From: an uncultured Gemmatimonadales bacterium
GTDB taxonomy: Bacteria > Gemmatimonadota > Gemmatimonadetes > Gemmatimonadales > GWC2-71-9
NCBI GenBank assembly: GCA_963798915.1
Contig: CAWCVB010000006.1
Span: 150,856-214,855 of the forward strand
DNA length: 64,000 nucleotides
Direction of reading: 5' to 3'
Under the pieces are notes generated by a model. The model did no database searches. It worked only from the letters and a program-made list of their open reading frames with translations, and was not told where the DNA came from. Below, in pieces: positions 30,888-40,848 of this stretch. A program made the translations under genes and the position numbers. Position 1 is the stretch's first letter; every line of letters starts with the position of its first letter.

Positions 30888-31436
30888 CTACTTTTCGGGC
30901 AGGCCCGGCGCCAGCCCGATGTAACCGCAATTCTGGTCGGCCAGTACCTCGAACGTCACCGTTCGCGCAAGGGCGTCGATGCCAAGAATCCGGAGCTTTG
31001 CGTAGAGCGGTGCGCCAAGGGACGAGCAGACGACCCGCGACCGGGCGACGAACACGTCGCCGACGGCCAGCTGCACCGTGTCCCGGGTGGTGTAACCGTT
31101 ACTGCCGGCTTCGGTAATGGCGGCGAAGTCAGAGGTTGACCGGATGAGCCCCGGCTGCAGGCCGCTGGCCGGGAAATTGAGCCCAGCCCGGGGAATGAAC
31201 ACTGGCAGGCCGTCACGCAGGTCAAAGGCGACGTCGAAGTCCGCGCTCAGGTCGGTCCGGACGCTTCGCGGGCCTGCGAGCGACAGCGCGCTCGGCAGTT
31301 GGATGGCAGTTTCCGTCAGCGCCGAGATCGAGATGGTATCGACCACATTCTCGATCTGGGGATCGGCGAGCGCATTCGGGTCGCCGCAGGCGGCCAGGCC
31401 AAGGATGGCGGCAAGACAGACGATTGAGGGACGCAT
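30888..31436 (-). CDS. Hypothetical lipoprotein
   Basis: MRPSIVCLAAILGLAACGD has a lipobox (LAAC). Trimmed to ATG 31436, which sits 9 nt downstream of a TACTCT -10 box. Confidence 0.6.
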   Translation of the reverse strand: MRPSIVCLAAILGLAACGDPNALADPQIENVVDTISISALTETAIQLPSALSLAGPRSVRTDLSADFDVAFDLRDGLPVFIPRAGLNFPASGLQPGLIRSTSDFAAITEAGSNGYTTRDTVQLAVGDVFVARSRVVCSSLGAPLYAKLRILGIDALARTVTFEVLADQNCGYIGLAPGLPEK

Positions 31437-31445
31437 GTGAAGGGA

Positions 31446-31474
31446 AGAGTAAGGGCCGGAAGAATGAGGGTCAA
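31446..31474 (-). promoter_or_regulatory. Sigma70-like promoter for the lipoprotein-serS train (TTGACC-17-TACTCT)
   Basis: -35 rc at 31469-31474 and -10 rc at 31446-31451, with a 17-nt spacer. The ATG lies 9 nt after the -10, implying a near-leaderless mRNA. Confidence 0.5.
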
Positions 31475-31480
31475 TCTTTC

Positions 31481-31509
31481 TTGACTTCATCATCGTCGCT
31501 TTCTACAAT
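31481..31509 (+). promoter_or_regulatory. Sigma70-like promoter for the Roadblock/LC7 cluster (TTGACT-17-TACAAT)
   Basis: TTGACT at 31481-31486, a 17-nt spacer, and TACAAT at 31504-31509. It sits back-to-back with the divergent promoter. Confidence 0.55.
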
Positions 31510-31530
31510 CCCGCTTTGCATCCCCTCGGC

Positions 31531-31893
31531 ATGGAGCGACGCATGACCGCGCTTGCGGACCTCGTAAACGGGCTGGCTGGCCGGCCTGGTGTGGCCGCGG
31601 TCGTGGTCGCCAGCCCGGATGGGCTACCGATCAGGACCGCGGGCAGCCAGCTGGATATCGAGGCGGCGGCGGCGCTGGTCGTCACCGTGGCCCGTTCGGC
31701 CGCCAGGCTTGGTGATGCCGCAACGATCGGGACCGTGAGCCGCTTCGTCCTGGAATGCGCGAGAGGCATGGCGCTGGCCGGCCTCATCCGCGATGGCAAT
31801 TGGCTCCTGGTCCTGGCTCAACCCGAGGCAGACATCGGCCAGTTACTGTACGATCTTCGCCAGGAAGGCCCTGCCCTTGCCGCGCAACTGTAG
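31531..31893 (+). CDS. Roadblock/LC7 domain protein (MglB-like fold)
   Basis: L..L......GV.AVVVAS.DGLPI.....LD.E..AA........A.RLG......V.RFVLE...G......I..G..L.VLA....D.G.L.YDLR pattern. Start is ATG 31531 (the track uses TTG 31516). Confidence 0.65.
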   Translation: MERRMTALADLVNGLAGRPGVAAVVVASPDGLPIRTAGSQLDIEAAAALVVTVARSAARLGDAATIGTVSRFVLECARGMALAGLIRDGNWLLVLAQPEADIGQLLYDLRQEGPALAAQL

Positions 31894-31935
31894 CACCTGT
31901 CGGCGCGGAGGGCGCGCGTTGCGCCATCCGGCGCC

Positions 31936-32964
31936 ATGAAATGGGCCGTCCTGCTCGCCGGCGGGTCCGGCACGCGCTTCTGGCCCCTGAGCACACCCTC
32001 CAATCCCAAGCAACTCTTACCGCTGACGGGCCCGCTCTCCTCGGCCGAGGAGGCCGTGCGTCGTCTGGAAGGACTGGTGGCGCCGGAGCGGATCCTGCTC
32101 GTGACCGGACCGTCACTTGCTGAGCAACTGGGATCGCGACTCGAAGTGCCAACGGCCAATGTCCTGGTGGAGCCACGAGCGGCATCCACTGGTCCGGCGC
32201 TCATCTGGGCGTCGCACGAAGCGCTGGCCCGAGATGCGGACGCCGAAGTGCTTTCCCTGCATGCCGACTGGGCGATCGGTGACGCCGCTGCGTTCCGCCG
32301 CACCGCCAGCGTGGCCCTGGCTGCCGCACGTACGCACGATCGCCTGGTGACCGTGGGGATGATCCCGTCGCGTCCCGAGACGGGCTACGGATACATCGTG
32401 CCTGGCCCGCCGCTCGATGCGTCGGCACGATCCGTGGCCCGGTTTCAGGAAAAGCCGGACGCGGCGACTGCGCTTGACCTGATGGCGGCTGGGGCGCTCT
32501 GGAACAGCGGCCTGTTCGCGTGGACTGCCGGGCGCCTGCTCACGGAAGTGAGGCTTCATACCCCTGAAGTTTCCGGCGCCCTGCCCCGGCTCGACGCGGG
32601 AGACGTGGCGGGATTCTTCGAGGCCGTCACTCCCATCTCCATCGATGTCGGCGTCCTCGAGCGCAGTGATCGCGTGGCCGTGGTCAGCGGCGCGTTTGCC
32701 TGGGATGATATCGGGACCTGGGAAGCGCTCATGCGAGTCCGCCCAAAGGATCCTGCTGGAAATGTCGTGGTCGGCCCGGCCTGCCTGCACGAGTCTCATG
32801 ATTGCATTGTGTGGTCTGATGGCGAGCCCGTGGTCCTAAGCCACGTGCAGGACCTCGTAGTGGTGCACGCCAACGGCCGAATGCTCGTGATGCCGCGTCG
32901 GCAGTCGGGGGACCTCAAGCAGGTGCTCGATGCCCTCCCGCCGGCCATCAGGGACCTGCAGTGA
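31936..32964 (+). CDS. Mannose-1-phosphate guanylyltransferase-like nucleotidyltransferase
   Basis: AVLLAGGSGTRFWPLS..PKQLLPL.., ..GYGYI.., ..FQEKPD...A and no C-terminal cupin/PMI domain. Confidence 0.75.
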   Translation: MKWAVLLAGGSGTRFWPLSTPSNPKQLLPLTGPLSSAEEAVRRLEGLVAPERILLVTGPSLAEQLGSRLEVPTANVLVEPRAASTGPALIWASHEALARDADAEVLSLHADWAIGDAAAFRRTASVALAAARTHDRLVTVGMIPSRPETGYGYIVPGPPLDASARSVARFQEKPDAATALDLMAAGALWNSGLFAWTAGRLLTEVRLHTPEVSGALPRLDAGDVAGFFEAVTPISIDVGVLERSDRVAVVSGAFAWDDIGTWEALMRVRPKDPAGNVVVGPACLHESHDCIVWSDGEPVVLSHVQDLVVVHANGRMLVMPRRQSGDLKQVLDALPPAIRDLQ

Positions 32965-34127
32965 CCTTCCTCGTGCTGCTTGAACCCGAAGACCCGGAGG
33001 GACGCTGGGAACCCTTCAGCGGCGCGCGGCCGGTTGCCGAGCTCCGGGCGGGGGCCTGGCGAATCAGGGAGCGCTGGGAGCAGGCCACCGGCCTCACGAC
33101 GCGGGAGATCATCGGAAGCCGTGTGGCGGGCTTCGTCGATGTGGACGCACCGCCGGTGCTGGCGCCGGGCTCGCTCGACGGAGACCAGATCCTTCTGGCC
33201 GCGTCCGACTTCGTCCCGGCCTCGGATCCGATCCTGCTCACGCCATCGACGACGAGGCTCATGTGCAACGGGCGCGCGGCAGCGCGAGTCGTTCAAGGAC
33301 CCGGCGCTGCACCCAGCCTGGAGTCCGATGCCGGCGAAACGCTGGAAATCGGCGGCTTGTGGCTGGGCGGAAGCCACGGACTGCTTGATGCGCTGGACGC
33401 TTTCCTGGCGGATGACTGCCTCCGCGCCGGCCACTCCGCCCCTCCCCCGTCCGGCGCCGTCATCATTGGCGATGCATCCTTGGTCAGGGCGGCCGCGGGT
33501 ACCCTCGAGCCCGGGGTCGTGTTTGACGTTCGCCAGGGTGCGGTTGTCGTCAGCCCGGGCGCCGAGGTGCGGAGTGGTGCGCGTCTCGAGGGTCCGTGCT
33601 GGATTGGTGGTGGCGCACGTGTCGTGGGCGGATTCGTGCGCCGAAGCTGCATTGGTCCCCGATGCGTGGTCCGAGGGGAAGTGTCCAACAGCGTCTTTCT
33701 GGGCTACTCCAACAAGGCTCACGAGGGATTCGTGGGGCATTCGGTCCTGGGGCACTGGGTCAATCTGGGCGCGCTTACTACCACCTCCAACCTCAAGAAC
33801 ACCTACGGCACCGTGCGACTCGACACGCCCCGTGGTGCCTTCGAGACCGGCCGACAGTTTCTCGGCAGTCTGATTGGCGACCATGCCAAGACGGCGATCG
33901 GCACCATGCTGGGCACGGGTACGGTCGTCGGCGCGGGGGCCAACGTCTTCGGCGACGCGCGGCCCCCGAGGTGGATCCCGCCGTTTGCCTGGGGCTCCTC
34001 GCCAGGCGAGCGCATGTCCAGGGATGGCTTTCTGACTGTTGCCCGTCGGGTGCTGCCTCGTCGCGAAGTCGAAGTCACACCCGCCCACGAGGAATGGCTC
34101 GCGGCGATGTACCAACGACTCGCATGA
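32961..34127 (+). CDS. Putative sugar nucleotidyltransferase with left-handed beta-helix (GlmU-like alternative type)
   Basis: The C-terminal half has hexapeptide-repeat character (..VFLGYSNKAHEGFVGHSVLGHWVNLGALTTTSNLKNTYG..). 4-nt overlap with the upstream gene. Confidence 0.55.
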   Translation: MTFLVLLEPEDPEGRWEPFSGARPVAELRAGAWRIRERWEQATGLTTREIIGSRVAGFVDVDAPPVLAPGSLDGDQILLAASDFVPASDPILLTPSTTRLMCNGRAAARVVQGPGAAPSLESDAGETLEIGGLWLGGSHGLLDALDAFLADDCLRAGHSAPPPSGAVIIGDASLVRAAAGTLEPGVVFDVRQGAVVVSPGAEVRSGARLEGPCWIGGGARVVGGFVRRSCIGPRCVVRGEVSNSVFLGYSNKAHEGFVGHSVLGHWVNLGALTTTSNLKNTYGTVRLDTPRGAFETGRQFLGSLIGDHAKTAIGTMLGTGTVVGAGANVFGDARPPRWIPPFAWGSSPGERMSRDGFLTVARRVLPRREVEVTPAHEEWLAAMYQRLA

Positions 34128-34924
34128 TTGCACTGCACATCCTGGGCTCCGGCTCGCGCGGAAACTGCTTCGTGGTGGAGTCGGAGGGCCAGCTGCTGCT
34201 GCTCGACGCGGGATTCAGCGCCCGGGAAACGGCTCGCCGTGCCGAGTTGGCCGGTCTCGCGCTTGAGGCCGCAGTTGGCATCGCGCTGACGCACGAGCAC
34301 GGCGACCACGCCGGAGGCGCAATTCGACTCGCGCGCCGCCTGGGTCTTCCGATCGCGGCGAGCGACGGCACCTGGCACGCGCTGCGCAACAGCGATGGGG
34401 TGGAGCGCCGGCGGCTCAGTGGCGGGGAGGCCGCACAACTGGGCCAGTTCAGTATCGAATGCGCGTCGAGCAGTCACGATGCTGCCGAACCGGTGGCCAT
34501 CGCCGTGACCTGTGCCGGTGGCACCCGCATTGCCTTGGCCCACGACCTCGGCCGGCCAACTGCCGCGGTGCGACTCCTGCTGCGTGGCTGCCACGCGCTG
34601 GTGATCGAGGCCAATCACGACGAGGTGCTGCTGCGCAGCAGCGGTTACCCTGCGTCAGTTCAGCAACGCATTGCCGGCTCGGGCGGGCACCTGTCCAACG
34701 ATGCGGCTGGCGACCTGATTTGTGATGTGCTGCACCAGGGGCTCGAACTGGTTGTCCTGGCACATCTCAGCGTGCGCTGTAATACCGCTGCGTGCGCTCG
34801 CGCCGCCATTGAGCCACGGCTCCTGGAGGAGGGTTTCCTGGGACAGCTGGTGATTGCGGAGCAGATGCCCGGGCACCGTCCCCTGCGGCTCGCGCGCGAA
34901 GGACTGGCGGGCACCAGTCGCTAG
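34124..34924 (+). CDS. MBL-fold metallo-hydrolase
   Basis: MIALHILGSGSRGNCFVVE...LLLLDAGFS...LTHEHGDHAGG... ATG 34124 overlaps the upstream stop (ATGA). The track ORF 33596.. is the same frame over-extended. Confidence 0.7.
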   Translation: MIALHILGSGSRGNCFVVESEGQLLLLDAGFSARETARRAELAGLALEAAVGIALTHEHGDHAGGAIRLARRLGLPIAASDGTWHALRNSDGVERRRLSGGEAAQLGQFSIECASSSHDAAEPVAIAVTCAGGTRIALAHDLGRPTAAVRLLLRGCHALVIEANHDEVLLRSSGYPASVQQRIAGSGGHLSNDAAGDLICDVLHQGLELVVLAHLSVRCNTAACARAAIEPRLLEEGFLGQLVIAEQMPGHRPLRLAREGLAGTSR

Positions 34925-34960
34925 CCGAGGCGGGTAGCCCACTCGGCGCCTCCCGGATGG

Positions 34961-34994
34961 CAGAGCGGCGGAATTCCGTGGAATTCCGCCGCTC
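34961..34994. terminator. Bidirectional hairpin terminator between convergent genes
   Basis: Perfect 15-bp inverted repeat AGAGCGGCGGAATTC / GAATTCCGCCGCTCT around a 4-nt loop, followed by CTTCGTGTT on +. Confidence 0.75.
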
Positions 34995-35011
34995 TCTTCG
35001 TGTTCCTGGAC

Positions 35012-35386
35012 TCACGCGTCCGGATCTGGCGGCACCTCGACACCTGCAGGCCGTGGCGTGGCCTCCCCGACGCGCTTCAGGGTGATCGGCTTCTGCAGAT
35101 CGCCGCCCGAAATGGTCAGTCGCGTCTTGCTGACGTCAAGACGGTAGGTCTCCCATTCGCCGCCCAGCGCCACCATGATCGAATCGTCCTTGAGCCGCCA
35201 GCGCGACGTTTCCTTGCCCCACGTCGCGCTCGAGTCGGCGCGAATGATTACCTCGCGCGGTCCGCCGCGGGTGTCCAGCTTGGCCTCCACCCGCCATGTC
35301 CCTTCCACTGGCGCCGACTGTCCCAGCAGCGGCACAGGGGCAAGGACAAAGAGCAGGGCGGCGGTCAGTTGAAGCGGGCGGTACAT
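35012..35386 (-). CDS. Hypothetical secreted protein
   Basis: MYRPLQLTAALLFVLAPVPLLGQSAP signal peptide with GGAGA before ATG 35386. The track ORF is over-extended to 35521. Confidence 0.5.
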   Translation of the reverse strand: MYRPLQLTAALLFVLAPVPLLGQSAPVEGTWRVEAKLDTRGGPREVIIRADSSATWGKETSRWRLKDDSIMVALGGEWETYRLDVSKTRLTISGGDLQKPITLKRVGEATPRPAGVEVPPDPDA

Positions 35387-35548
35387 GCAATTCTCCAGGT
35401 GGAGCGTGATCGAGAGCCGGCGGAAGCGAGCGCCGCCGACATGGAAGGCAAGGCTCGTGCCGGGTGAATACGGAGCAAGCCTTGAGGCTTGGCCGGCGCA
35501 GTGGACGAGAGCCCGCGGCAAGACGAGATGATCGTCCGCCTGCGGCCC

Positions 35549-35588
35549 GAAACAGCACCGCTCCGGACCAGGTTGGGCCGGAGCGGTG
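35549..35588 (-). terminator. Probable terminator downstream of groEL
   Basis: 11-bp stem CACCGCTCCGG/CCGGAGCGGTG (35556-35588) followed on the minus strand by CUGUUU. The U tract is weak. Confidence 0.45.
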
Positions 35589-35683
35589 GCGCTTCACTGA
35601 CAGATCCCTCGCTGCGCTTGGGATACTGGACCCGCAGTGAACTTCCGCCTCGGGCGTTGCCCGGGCGGAAAGTTCAGCCGGTC

Positions 35684-37315
<1,632 letters not shown>

Positions 37316-37344
37316 TGCCTGATGTCTCCTGTGGCGGTGAACGT

Positions 37345-37659
37345 TCAGCCGAGCTTGGCCAGAACGTCGGACGCCTTGATGATGATGACTTCGTCGCCAT
37401 CGATGGTGAATGGGGTGCCGCTGTACTTGCCATAGATGACCTTGTCGCCCACTGCAAGGTCCATCGTGACGCGCGCACCCTTCTCGATGCGGCCGGGCCC
37501 GACGGCGAGCACTTCGCCCTGGGTCGGCTTTTCCTTGGCCGTATCGGGAATGTAGAGGCCACCACGCATCGTCTCGGCTTCGTCCGACGGCATGATGACC
37601 ACCCGGTCCTCGAGCGGCTTGATCTTGATCTTGGGCTTGGACTTCGTACCCGCTGACAT
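37345..37659 (-). CDS. groS: Co-chaperonin GroES
   Basis: ..[10 protein letters not shown]...E.E....GG.YIPD.AKEKP..G.V.AVG.G. ATG 37659 is preceded by GGAGG (the track uses GTG 37671). Confidence 0.95.
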   Translation of the reverse strand: MSAGTKSKPKIKIKPLEDRVVIMPSDEAETMRGGLYIPDTAKEKPTQGEVLAVGPGRIEKGARVTMDLAVGDKVIYGKYSGTPFTIDGDEVIIIKASDVLAKLG

Positions 37660-37708
37660 CGCGCCCTCCACGTCCTGTTGGGGTGTTAAGTGAAGTGCAT
37701 CCAGGGAA

Positions 37709-37735
37709 TTAGCACTCTGGCAGCGAGAGTGCCAA
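37709..37735 (-). promoter_or_regulatory. CIRCE operator (HrcA binding site)
   Basis: TTAGCACTC-N9-GAGTGCCAA versus consensus TTAGCACTC-N9-GAGTGCTAA. It lies between the promoter and groES. Confidence 0.85.
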
Positions 37736-37746
37736 TGCTGAACCGT

Positions 37747-37774
37747 AAAGTAAGCCGCGCGGGGGCCCTGTCAA
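37747..37774 (-). promoter_or_regulatory. groES-groEL promoter (TTGACA-16-TACTTT)
   Basis: -35 rc at 37769-37774 and -10 rc at 37747-37752. CIRCE begins 11 nt downstream of the -10. Confidence 0.6.
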
Positions 37775-38010
37775 GCGCCCGTGCGCCCGCTGCCGGGCAA
37801 GTCGGGTGCCGGCCATCGGGAGCCATTGCGGCAGAAAATGCCCCCGCGGGACGTCCCGATGGCATGCTGAACTGCCGTTCTGACCGCGCGGAAACCGATT
37901 GGGGATGGCGTGCGTTCTAGACCTTGACTTTCGTGCGGGCACTGCTGACGTTGCCCGCGTTCCACTCGGCTGGCTCAGCCGGCCTGAATCTGATCACTGC
38001 AGGAGTCGGG

Positions 38011-39090
38011 ATGGGTATTACGCTCTCGCTGGTCACCGCCGTCGCGCTGGCATCCGCACCGATCGTTGGCGATACGGTCCCCCCGTCCAACCTCACCGTG
38101 ACCGTCGATTCGTCGAAGCACCTGGTCACGATCCGCTCAGGCCCATACAACCTGAAGCACATGCCGCCGATGGAGCACGGCATGATGGATATGGGCATGT
38201 CGCACGACACCCCGGTGCAGCATTTTGGCTGGCCGGTCCAAGGTTGGCTGCGTGGCTTCCGGGTCAGCCTGGCTGACGGCGAAGGTCACCCGGTGCCGAA
38301 GCACATCATGCATCACATGATCATGGTGAATTTCAGTCGGCGGCAACTGGTCTACCATGCCTCCGAGCGTCTCTTCGGCGCAGGAACCGAAACCGGCGAC
38401 GCCGAAGTCCCGGCGACCATCGGCATTCCGATGCGGCCGGGCATGGACCTCGGGGTCTATGTGGCCTGGCACAATGACACCGGCGAAGACCTGAACGACG
38501 TCTACTTCACCATCACGATGCCGTACCTGCCGGCCAACCAGAATCCGCGACCCAAGGATGCGCTTCCGATCTACATGGACGTGAACCTCACGGTCGGCGG
38601 CAGCAATACGTTCGATGTCCCGCCCGGCCGGTCGGAGCACAGCTACGAATTCACGGTCCCGGTCGCGGGCCGCCTGCTGGGCGTGGGCGGACACCTTCAC
38701 GACTATGGCCGCGAGGTGCGCCTTGAGGACGCAGAAACCGGCAAGGTGATCACACGGGTCAAGGGCGAGCTGGATGACGAGGGCCACATCGAGGGCGTCG
38801 GCCGGAAGCTCTTCGCGATCCGGGGAGCGGGTGTGCGGCTCAAGGCCGGCCATCGCTACCGCGTCGCGGGTGTGTACGACAATCCGAGCGACCGGACGAT
38901 CGTCAATGGCGGGATGGCCCACATGGTAGGCCTCTTCGTTCCGGATGACCTGGCGGCATGGCCGCCGATCGACCCTGACAATCCCGACTACCAGCGCGAT
39001 CTGGCCGCCCTGCATGAACGCGGTGCGGGCGGGGCTGCTCATGAGGGCATGCAGCACGGGGAGGGATCGATGGGCCACGGCGGCCACTGA
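38011..39090 (+). CDS. Secreted Met/His-rich protein with a PHM/DBH-like copper ligand pattern
   Basis: AGGAG lies 7 nt before ATG 38011, followed by a signal peptide (ITLSLVTAVALASA). Motifs HMPPMEHGMMDMGMSHD, KHIMHHMIMVNF, VAWHND, GGHLHDYG and GGMAHMVG, plus the C-terminal HEGMQHGEGSMGHGGH. The track start TTG 37924 is probably too early. Confidence 0.6.
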   Translation: MGITLSLVTAVALASAPIVGDTVPPSNLTVTVDSSKHLVTIRSGPYNLKHMPPMEHGMMDMGMSHDTPVQHFGWPVQGWLRGFRVSLADGEGHPVPKHIMHHMIMVNFSRRQLVYHASERLFGAGTETGDAEVPATIGIPMRPGMDLGVYVAWHNDTGEDLNDVYFTITMPYLPANQNPRPKDALPIYMDVNLTVGGSNTFDVPPGRSEHSYEFTVPVAGRLLGVGGHLHDYGREVRLEDAETGKVITRVKGELDDEGHIEGVGRKLFAIRGAGVRLKAGHRYRVAGVYDNPSDRTIVNGGMAHMVGLFVPDDLAAWPPIDPDNPDYQRDLAALHERGAGGAAHEGMQHGEGSMGHGGH

Positions 39091-39109
39091 GCTCCGCCGC
39101 CAGACGCCG

Positions 39110-39138
39110 ACGCCCCGGCCGTCAATCGACCGGGGCGT
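39110..39138. terminator. Hairpin between convergent genes
   Basis: 9-bp stem ACGCCCCGG / CCGGGGCGT with an 11-nt loop. The T tract is poor. Confidence 0.4.
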
Positions 39139-39168
39139 TGGGCTTCTCACACCGACGACGTATGCGCC

Positions 39169-40149
39169 TCAGGGCGTCGCAGGAACCACCCGTCGCACCC
39201 CGACCCATCGCTCGTACCACCACCGGCCGTTGGGGTCATCGACGCCAAGCCGCGAAATCTGGACGCCCTTGGATGCAGAGTGAATGAAGCGTCCGTCGCC
39301 CAGATACAGCCCCACATGCGTCACTCGAGTCCCCGTCTGTGCAAAGGTGAGGATGTCACCAGGCTTGAGTGAGGCCTCGGAGCGTGAAACAGCGGTTCCA
39401 GCGCGGGCTTGATCGCGGCTTCGGCGCGGAAGCGCGACGCCGGCCTCACCGTACGCGAACTGAATGAGTCCGGAGCAGTCGAATCCGTCCCTGCCCTGCC
39501 CGGTACCGCCATACTGGTATGGCGTGCCTATCTGCGCCTCCGCCACCCGTAATACGTCAGAGACGATGACTTCGGCGCTCGAATGGGCACTCACGTCACC
39601 TCGCTCACTCACGGTCATGAGCGGGACCCTGCCGGCTCGGCCAGCCGCGGACGACGGCCGGGTCGTCGGCGCGGAAGGCGTCGAGCCGCCGAATCGGGAA
39701 GCGACGCGAAGCGACAACTCAATGCCGGCGCGACCGCTCGGCTCGAGGTCTCGCCAGCGGCCTTCCAGCCCGAATGAGAGAAAGGATGCCGGAATCAGTT
39801 CGTAGCCCAGTCCGGCCGACCAGCTGCGCCACTCATGCTCCGCACCGCCGGCGCCAAATCCGCCGCTCACTCCACCTGCCGCATACAATCCGGCGCGTCC
39901 GCCGCGAAAGAGCGAGACGTCCGCAACCAGTCCGAGCCGCCGCTCTCCGGTGGCCGGACCACTCCAGAGCACTCCACCGAGGTCCGTCCCGATGGGGCCC
40001 AGCAGCGGCGTGGACCAACTTGCCTGCATCGATGAGAGCCCCTCACCGTCGAACAGGCGGCCGGCCTGCACGGCCGGCCCCTGGCCGGCGGCCTGGTGCA
40101 CACCAATCAGCATCGCGATGCCAACGAGCAGGCGGATCCGAGCGCGCAC
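39169..40149 (-). CDS. NlpC/P60 (C40) peptidase with N-terminal Gly-rich beta-barrel-like domain
   Basis: The C-terminus GTPYQYGGTGQGRDGFDCSGLIQFAY...GDILTF....THVGLYLGDGRFIHS is a canonical C40 domain. The N-terminal ~150 aa carry a signal peptide plus alternating Gly/aromatic strands ending ..LSLRVASRFG. GTG start. Confidence 0.85.
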   Translation of the reverse strand: MRARIRLLVGIAMLIGVHQAAGQGPAVQAGRLFDGEGLSSMQASWSTPLLGPIGTDLGGVLWSGPATGERRLGLVADVSLFRGGRAGLYAAGGVSGGFGAGGAEHEWRSWSAGLGYELIPASFLSFGLEGRWRDLEPSGRAGIELSLRVASRFGGSTPSAPTTRPSSAAGRAGRVPLMTVSERGDVSAHSSAEVIVSDVLRVAEAQIGTPYQYGGTGQGRDGFDCSGLIQFAYGEAGVALPRRSRDQARAGTAVSRSEASLKPGDILTFAQTGTRVTHVGLYLGDGRFIHSASKGVQISRLGVDDPNGRWWYERWVGVRRVVPATP

Positions 40150-40535
40150 TATTTGCGCACCGGCGTGGGCTGTCCGGACCGCAGGTCAACGCGGTAGAGA
40201 GCGCCTGGCCGGCATTCCTGGAACAGGTGGACCAGAACGGTCGAATCGGATTCCGGCACGGGCGCCTCCCCGGTGTAGAGCAGTGGAACGAGCCGGCGGG
40301 CCGAGTCCGAGCGGATCTCCAGGGCTCGCTCCTGGCATGCGACGCCAGCGGAGTCGTGTGCCTGCCGCGTCAGCGTAAACCAGAAGCTGTAGGGGCCCAG
40401 CGTGCCAACCATGGAGTCCTGGGAGGTCCGCTCTTTCGCCTCCGCCGAAACCAGAGCTGGCGGCTGCTTGGAACGCTCGCTCCCCCCGCACGAGAGCAAC
40501 AACGCCGGCAGTAGCAAGAGCGGTGCCCGTATCAC
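40149..40535 (-). CDS. Hypothetical lipoprotein
   Basis: VIRAPLLLLPALLLSCGGSE has a lipobox. GTG 40535 overlaps the upstream stop (GTGA), and its own stop overlaps the P60 start by 1 nt. Confidence 0.55.
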   Translation of the reverse strand: MIRAPLLLLPALLLSCGGSERSKQPPALVSAEAKERTSQDSMVGTLGPYSFWFTLTRQAHDSAGVACQERALEIRSDSARRLVPLLYTGEAPVPESDSTVLVHLFQECRPGALYRVDLRSGQPTPVRK

Positions 40536-40846
40536 TTGGAAGGAGTGGTCAGGTTTGCTTCCACCTTGTCCAGCAACGCCGCGGCCGTGTCCGGAACTCC
40601 CTCGGCGGTCACGGCGAGGGCGACCTGCAATTCCGGGGAACGTCGCAGAAGCCGCAACCATCCTAGCAATCCGCCAAATCCCGCGATGGCGCCCAGCAGC
40701 ACCGAAAGCAGGAGGCCGCGCGTCGGATCGGACATGCGAGTCGCGATCACCTCGCCTGCGACGCATCCAAAAAACGAAGCTGCCCACGCAATCACGGGCG
40801 TGAGCAGCCAGCCGAAGGCACGAAGGAAGACCCGGAACCACCGCAC
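40532..40846 (-). CDS. Hypothetical small membrane protein (2 TM)
   Basis: VRWFRVFLRAFGWLLTPVIAWAASFFGCVAG...GLLLSVLLGAIAGFGGLLGWL. GTG 40846 lies 2 nt after the upstream stop. The rest of track ORF 40532..41389 is out-of-frame overlap with the next gene. Confidence 0.5.
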   Translation of the reverse strand: MRWFRVFLRAFGWLLTPVIAWAASFFGCVAGEVIATRMSDPTRGLLLSVLLGAIAGFGGLLGWLRLLRRSPELQVALAVTAEGVPDTAAALLDKVEANLTTPSK

Positions 40847-40848
40847 GT

